Part shown: positions 62,765-64,000 of the stretch, one piece after another
Layout of the letters: each line of letters starts with the position of its first letter
How positions within the stretch are numbered: the first letter of the stretch is position 1
Source of the DNA: Vicugna vicugna
Lineage: Eukaryota
Assembly (NCBI GenBank): GCA_013265495.1
Contig: MU057560.1
Coordinates: 2,790,909 to 2,854,908, forward strand
Direction: 5' to 3'
Length of the DNA stretch: 64,000 nt
Program-made: the position numbers and the translations under genes
Notes under the pieces: model-generated
What the model was told of the DNA's origin: nothing
Database searches by the model: none
The model's input: the letters and a program-made list of their open reading frames with translations, nothing else

Positions 62765-62925
62765 TTTATTTATGTATGTATTCATTTCACACATGTCTGT
62801 TGAGCACCTGCTGGGGCCCGGGCACCGTTCTAGACTTCGGGACTCAGAAGTAGGTTACGTAGCGAAGTCTCTGCCCTAAAGGAGTGTCATTTTTCAGTGG
62901 AGGAAGACAGAAAATAAATGCAGAA
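62765..62925 (-). mobile_element. LINE-2 3' end
   Basis: ttcatttcacacatgtctgttgagcacctgctggggcccgggcaccgttctagac..ctctgccctaaaggag. Confidence 0.72.
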
Positions 62926-64000
62926 ACAAATTTATGACCCATAAAGGGAAGTTTGATAAATTAGACTTCAGAAAAATTAAAACCTGTGCTGCTAATATAC
63001 CCTCAGGCATAAAAGACGAGCCACTAAACGGGAAAAATGCCTGCAAACCACATTTTCAGCAGAAGGCCAGTGTCTAAAATGTACCTGAGCTCTCAGAATT
63101 GAACAATAAAGAAAAAACCCAGTTAGAAAAGGGGCAAAAGACACACATTGACTGCAGAGGACACACAGACGGCAAATAGCACATGAACAGACGTTGAGCA
63201 CAGAGGATGCACGGACAACAAACAGCACATGGACAGATGCTGGCGTCGTTGGCCGTCAGGGGAAGAAGGTGGGTTCAAACCACAATGAGGCACCACCACG
63301 TACCTATTAGAATGGCAAAAGCGAAGATGGTGACAACGAATGTTTATAGCAGCTTTGTTCGTAACAGCCCCAAACTGCAAACAGCGCCGATGCCCTTCAG
63401 CAGATGAACGGTCAAAAAGTGTGGTCCGTTGCATCGCGGAAACCCTCAGCAATAAACGCACCGAGTGTTGACACACATGACAACCTGGTTGGCCCTTCAA
63501 AGAATTAGTCTGAGTGAGAAAAGCCAACCCACGCAAGGTTGCAGACTGCATGGTTGCATTTAGAAGCCGTTCTTATTGTTACTGAGATGTCATACAACGC
63601 TACGCAAGCTTCAGGTGTGATGTTATAATGCTTGTGTACCTGTACGCTGCAAAATGATCACCGCAGTCAGTCGAGTGAACATCGTCACCAGAGTTACAAA
63701 TTTCTGCGTGTGTGATGAGCTCTTAAGGTCCACTCACCTAGCAACTTTCAGGTATACAATACAGCGTTAGAAATTACGGCCACCATGTTGATTATGACAT
63801 GCCCACGACTTACATATCTTACAGCTGAAGTTTGGAGTTTTTGACCCCCTCACTCATCTGGCTAACCCTCCTCCATCCCCACCCCGCCTCTGGAAACCAG
63901 CAGGCTGTTCTCTGTGCTGTAGAACATTCTCAAAATGACAACATTATAGAAACGGAGGGCAGATTGGTGGCTGCAGGGAGCAAGTGGACGTGGTTACACA
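62926..64000 (+). mobile_element. Old LINE-1 (L1MC-like) 3' region, interrupted by a nested antisense L1 3' end at ~63572-63915
   Basis: tttgataaattagacttcagaaaaattaaaacc..aaaaggggcaaaagac..caaaccacaatgaggcaccac..agccccaaactgcaaaca; resumes at aacattctcaaaatgacaacattatagaaac. Confidence 0.85.

Noticed and set aside
1..64000. Hundreds of 60-275 aa ORFs in the six-frame track
   Set aside because: They are Pro/Arg/Gly/Ala/Ser-rich, overlap on both strands and show no recognisable domains, as expected from stop-codon scarcity in GC-rich eukaryotic DNA.

Overview
Mammalian genomic DNA, GC- and CpG-rich, resembling a subtelomeric high-GC isochore. The source is probably a camelid or related artiodactyl, judging by a tRNA-derived SINE (GGGGAGGGTA..CAGTGGTAGAGC..GCATGCTTAGCA..CACGAGGTCCTGG) and artiodactyl-type L1 3' ends; this assignment is from recall, not a search. 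The window appears mostly non-coding. My best model, which is inferred and not verified, has three parts: (i) the 3' end of a plus-strand gene, with a 24/28-nt microexon at 350-377, a terminal exon from 5208 and a ~3.6 kb 3'UTR ending at ATTAAA 8825; (ii) a CpG-island promoter at ~20.0-21.3 kb with a strong splice donor and an adjacent CTCF motif but no recognisable downstream coding exons, so possibly a lncRNA or orphan island; (iii) the 3' end of a convergent minus-strand gene, with a terminal exon from 62510 to poly(A) signals at 61170/61055. I could not name either gene. The remainder is L1, L2, MIR, MER20/MER58, a probable ERV1 solo LTR, SINEs and simple repeats. Almost all listed ORFs are chance ORFs of GC-rich DNA or L1 ORF2 remnants. 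I found no convincing previously undescribed biological system. The items most worth checking are the tandem-donor microexon, the orphan CpG island, two tail-to-tail L1 pairs, AT-to-GC drift of repeats, and several homeodomain motif clusters.
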